Assembly: GCA_964354405.1 (NCBI GenBank)
Contig: CAYGZP010000001.1
Location: 272,879-336,133, forward strand
Direction: 5' to 3'
Source: Candidatus Woesearchaeota archaeon
GTDB taxonomy: Archaea > Nanobdellota > Nanobdellia > Pacearchaeales > UBA284
Length of the DNA stretch: 63,255 nucleotides
Under the pieces are notes generated by a model. That model had not been told where the DNA came from and made no database searches. It saw only the letters and a list, made by a program, of their open reading frames with translations. Shown piece by piece: positions 59,628 to 63,255 of this stretch; position 1 is the stretch's first letter; each line of letters begins with the position of its first letter. The translations under genes were made by a program, and so were the position numbers.

Positions 59628-61097
59628 ATGAATAAAAACATATTGGAAGTAAAAAATTTAAGTTATAGCTACCCTGCCGAATCAAATTTAGTTTTGAATG
59701 ATATTTCTTTTAATGTCAAGGAAAGAGAGTTTTTTTCTGTTGTTGGGCCTAGCGGATGTGGAAAGACAACGTTAGCTTTAACTTTAAATGGGTTAATCCC
59801 AAAGTCACTTAAAGGCAAGATAAAAGGAGAAGTTATAATCAATGACAAGAATATAAAAGATATTCCAACAGCTGAAATAGCTCAAGAGGTGCAGATTTTA
59901 TTTCAATCCCCAGAATCTCAGTTATTTGCTTTGAACGTAGAAGATGAAATAGCTTTTGGTTTGGAAAATTTGAATATTGACCGGGAGAAAATAGAGAAGA
60001 GAGTTAATGAAGCGCTGAAAAAGTTAGGAATAGAAAAGTTGAGGAATAGGTCAATAGAAGAATTAAGCTTGGGACAGAAGCAGAAAGTTGCTTTGGCTTC
60101 AGTTTTAGCTATGAAGCCCAAAATTTTAATTTTAGACGAGCCAACCGCAAATTTAGATCCTTCTTCCGTTAAATCTTTTTTAAACATATTAAAAAATCTA
60201 AAAAAGGAGATGACTATACTTTTAATTGAACATAATATGGATTTTGTAAAGGATTTTTCTGACAGGATTATGCTGATTAACAGAGGGAAGGTTATGAAGA
60301 TAGATAAAACTTATAAGATATTTAGAGATAAAAAATTCTTACAAATAATGAACCCTCCTTCTAATGTGAAAGCTAGTATAGAAAGAATTAAAAGAAAGAA
60401 GAAAGTTATGGGAGAAAAAATACTGGAAATTAAAGATTTAACTTTTTCTTATCAAAACGAAGTTGTTGCGTTAAAGAACATCAGCTTAGACATTTATAAA
60501 GGAGATTTTTTAGGAATTGTTGGTTTAAATGGAAGTGGGAAATCAACTCTTGCCTTAAATATTATTGGTTTGCTAAAAGGGAAAGGCATAATCTTGTTTA
60601 GTGATGATGACATAACCCAGAAAGATGTTTATGAGAGAACGAAGGATATAGGTTATGTTTTTCAAAATCCAGATTATCAATTATTTGAAGATAATGTTGG
60701 CAAAGAAATTGAGTTTGGACTAAGAAATATCAAGCTGTCAGAAAAAGAAATTAAAAAAAGAGTGAGCAATGCGTTAAAAATAATTAATCTAATAAAATTT
60801 TCTAAAAAAGACCCATATTCTTTAAGTGTTGGACAGAAAAGAAGAGTTACTATTGCTTCAATTTTAACTATGCTTCCTAAGGTTATTATTATTGATGAAC
60901 CAGATACTGGTTTAGACTATAGAAGTGCAAAAAAATTAATGGATTATATAAAAAAATTAAATGAGTTGGGGCATACCATCATGGTTATTTCTCATAATAT
61001 CGAATTAATAGCTGATTATTGTAATAGAGTTATATATTTAGAGAATGGTGAGATTAAAGATATAGAGAAATTTATTGAGAAGATTAAAAAAAGCTAG
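59628..61097 (+). CDS. ECF transporter ATPase with fused tandem NBDs (EcfA-A')
   Basis: GPSGCGKT and GLNGSGKS; FQSPESQ and FQNPDYQ Q-helices; DEP motif twice. Confidence 0.88.
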   Translation: MNKNILEVKNLSYSYPAESNLVLNDISFNVKEREFFSVVGPSGCGKTTLALTLNGLIPKSLKGKIKGEVIINDKNIKDIPTAEIAQEVQILFQSPESQLFALNVEDEIAFGLENLNIDREKIEKRVNEALKKLGIEKLRNRSIEELSLGQKQKVALASVLAMKPKILILDEPTANLDPSSVKSFLNILKNLKKEMTILLIEHNMDFVKDFSDRIMLINRGKVMKIDKTYKIFRDKKFLQIMNPPSNVKASIERIKRKKKVMGEKILEIKDLTFSYQNEVVALKNISLDIYKGDFLGIVGLNGSGKSTLALNIIGLLKGKGIILFSDDDITQKDVYERTKDIGYVFQNPDYQLFEDNVGKEIEFGLRNIKLSEKEIKKRVSNALKIINLIKFSKKDPYSLSVGQKRRVTIASILTMLPKVIIIDEPDTGLDYRSAKKLMDYIKKLNELGHTIMVISHNIELIADYCNRVIYLENGEIKDIEKFIEKIKKS

Positions 61098-61098
61098 A

Positions 61099-61659
61099 TT
61101 AGTTTTGGATTTGTCTCACAAAAGTTTTGTTTTGTATTTTTTTGTAAATTAAAAATCCAATAAAAATTCCTATAAAACTTTCAACTAAAAAAATAACAAA
61201 TAAGAAAGGAGCTGTTTTGAGCAGCAAATCAGCTTGAGGAAGCCCTAGAGAAATATACATATAAAGCATTGAAGGAACCAATATAAGATACACAATAACA
61301 AAACCTAAAAATAAAGTCCATTTTTTGTATTTTCCTATCTTGACAACAGCATCAAATGGGATTCCGATTCCTAAGGCAAGAACAATTTTCAATGGTCCTG
61401 GTAGATTACCTAACATATTTGTAGGAATAGCTAAAATTCCATAAATAAGCCACATAATAGTCACTACTCCAAATTTTCTGACTATAAGTATAACAATAGT
61501 CATGATTATAGCTTGAATAAAAGTTGAAACAAGACCAGAAGCAGCTGGATTTCCTATAGCCACATTTAATCCAGAGCCCAGGACAAAACTAAGAACAAAC
61601 ATTAAAGCCCCCATTAGAGCTGCAAAAATTAAGTCTTTGGTTGTAAATTTTTTAAACAT
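61099..61659 (-). CDS. ECF S-component (MptD-like), paralog 3
   Basis: About 6 TM; KDLIF.ALMGAL and VRKFG. Confidence 0.75.
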   Translation of the reverse strand: MFKKFTTKDLIFAALMGALMFVLSFVLGSGLNVAIGNPAASGLVSTFIQAIIMTIVILIVRKFGVVTIMWLIYGILAIPTNMLGNLPGPLKIVLALGIGIPFDAVVKIGKYKKWTLFLGFVIVYLILVPSMLYMYISLGLPQADLLLKTAPFLFVIFLVESFIGIFIGFLIYKKIQNKTFVRQIQN

Positions 61660-61660
61660 T

Positions 61661-62200
61661 TTAACTCTGAATTTGTTTTATTAGTTGTTTGTTCTTTAGT
61701 TTGTTGTGAAGTAAATAACCTAAAATTCCTCCAATTGCCCCGATTACAAATCCTATAAGAATAAATAAGCTTAAACCCGATTCTTGAAGGGAAGGTAATC
61801 CAAGCAGCCTAGCTGTTAAATAGTATGTAATTGAGCTTGTGGATACAAATAATCCCCCAGAAATTATTGATGCAAGTTTTTTTCTTTTTTGTAATGTAAA
61901 AAATACAATTTCTGCTACAATTGCTGTAGGCACTAATACAAGATATTTTGCAACTCCCGGAACTCCAAATGCAGGAGTCGGAAGTGCAATTGTGCTTACT
62001 AAAATAGAAGCCAAAATAAGAACCCCAAATTTTCTTATAATAAGTAATATTAATATTGCAGCCATGGCGTCTACTATGGATACAAATAAAACCATAGGTA
62101 TTGTCCCACCAAACGCAGAAAGAGAAAGCTCCATTACAAAAATAATTGCACTAAATAAGGCAATTAGAATTAACTCCTTTGTTGTAAACCTCTTTAACAT
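61661..62200 (-). CDS. ECF S-component (MptD-like), paralog 2
   Basis: About 6 TM; KELIL.ALFSA and IRKFG. Confidence 0.75.
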   Translation of the reverse strand: MLKRFTTKELILIALFSAIIFVMELSLSAFGGTIPMVLFVSIVDAMAAILILLIIRKFGVLILASILVSTIALPTPAFGVPGVAKYLVLVPTAIVAEIVFFTLQKRKKLASIISGGLFVSTSSITYYLTARLLGLPSLQESGLSLFILIGFVIGAIGGILGYLLHNKLKNKQLIKQIQS

Positions 62201-62201
62201 A

Positions 62202-62756
62202 TTAACTTGAAATTTGTCTTACTGCTCTTTTATTTTTCAGTTTGTTATAAATAAACACAGCAATTAATGCTCCAATTACAGCGGTTACTACTCCCATTAG
62301 GGTCATCACCCAAACAAGCTCTCTTGTTTTTTCTAATCCTGGCAAACCCATCAAGGTTCCAATGAATAGTAATAACCAAGGAGTCAATCCAACAGAAACC
62401 GCGCTTGCTAATATAACAGCTAGTTTTTCTCTTTTTCTGAAAATATAAAAAATAATATCAAATACCAAACATATCGCAAACATTAGAGGTACTTTATGTA
62501 GGCCGGGCCCTCCGAGAGCAGGGGAAGGAATTACTAAAATCCCCCAAATAATACCCAGTAAAGTAACTGCCCCAAATTTCCTGATTACTAATGCTGTTAA
62601 GACAAAAAAGATAGTCAATATTAGTGGAGATAAAAATGAACTTAAAGGTATTCCTGTAATGACATTTATGGCTGTTGTGAAATAAGAAATAACAGTACCT
62701 AAAGCGGCCATCAAGGCAATGAATATGAATTTTTTTATAGCCCACTTTTTTAACAT
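62202..62756 (-). CDS. ECF S-component (MptD-like), paralog 1
   Basis: About 6 TM; FIALMAAL and IRKFGA. Confidence 0.75.
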   Translation of the reverse strand: MLKKWAIKKFIFIALMAALGTVISYFTTAINVITGIPLSSFLSPLILTIFFVLTALVIRKFGAVTLLGIIWGILVIPSPALGGPGLHKVPLMFAICLVFDIIFYIFRKREKLAVILASAVSVGLTPWLLLFIGTLMGLPGLEKTRELVWVMTLMGVVTAVIGALIAVFIYNKLKNKRAVRQISS

Positions 62757-62796
62757 ACTTAAATAAATTTATTAACCTATATAAATTTAATGCGGT

Positions 62797-63255
62797 ATGC
62801 AATTTTACGACTTCATTTATAGGGATTCGATAATCCACAAACTTGACCCAAGAACAAAAATCTTATGGGTTTTTATACTTACTTTAATGGTTTTCATGAC
62901 AAACAATGCTTACATTATTATCGGAACTTTTATTTTTGTTCTCTTCACTATTTTTCTTGCCAAGTTGCCTTTGAAATCTGTATGGTTAAGTTCGAGACTG
63001 TTTGTTATTGGATTTACAATTGCTTATGTTGTCCTTTTTAGTTTGCTATTGTGGGATTTAAAACAGGGAGTAACCGGGGGTTTATTGTTTTCAATTAAAT
63101 TTTTGATAATTATTCTTTCTACAATAGTTTTTGCTATGTCTACATCTCCAAGAGATTTAATCTCAAGTTTAATCAAACTTAAAATTCCATATGAAATAGC
63201 ATTTATGTTGACTTTAGCTATAAGATTTGTTCCTGTTATAACAAAAGAATTTAAT
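62797..63255 (+). CDS. ECF transporter T component EcfT/CbiQ (3'-truncated; absent from ORF track)
   Basis: Manual translation MQFYDFIYRDSIIHKLDPRTKIL...STSPRDL...LKIPY...LAIRFVP. Confidence 0.85.
   Translation, partial: MQFYDFIYRDSIIHKLDPRTKILWVFILTLMVFMTNNAYIIIGTFIFVLFTIFLAKLPLKSVWLSSRLFVIGFTIAYVVLFSLLLWDLKQGVTGGLLFSIKFLIIILSTIVFAMSTSPRDLISSLIKLKIPYEIAFMLTLAIRFVPVITKEFN

Noticed and set aside
1..63255. CRISPR array, cas genes, rRNA, integrase/transposase, reverse transcriptase
   Set aside because: No regularly spaced repeat-spacer array or diagnostic motifs were seen. In particular I found no DGR RT or template repeat in this window.

Overview
An archaeal chromosome fragment, most consistent with a DPANN lineage such as Pace- or Woesearchaeota. 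The assignment rests on archaeal information genes (EF-1alpha, DnaG, GatD, Cdc48, Taw1/Taw2, ATP-dependent ligase, Mre11/Rad50) together with form III RuBisCO, a bacterial-type LeuRS and little biosynthesis. The window holds about 70 CDS, 2 tRNAs (Arg-TCG, Pro-CGG) and a 100-N assembly gap inside dnaG. An AT-rich defence/DNA-modification island lies between tuf and dnaG (17.2-23.9 kb). Main observations: (1) an orphan gene at 9154-9866 with hallmarks of a remote diversity-generating retroelement target (GC-rich NNY-codon variable region, GAA-loop hairpin, frameshift inside the variable region); (2) a condensin-type Smc whose hinge appears replaced by a Rad50-like CxxC zinc hook; (3) a circularly permuted GGDEF/mCpol-like cyclase plus an intact GAF-GGDEF protein; (4) a stand-alone FtsZ C-terminal-like domain heading the defence island; (5) a heptamer repeat array upstream of dnaG; (6) a NUDIX domain inserted in LeuRS and an NKxD-to-NQMD change in EF-1alpha. 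All family calls come from reading motifs by eye; no searches were run.
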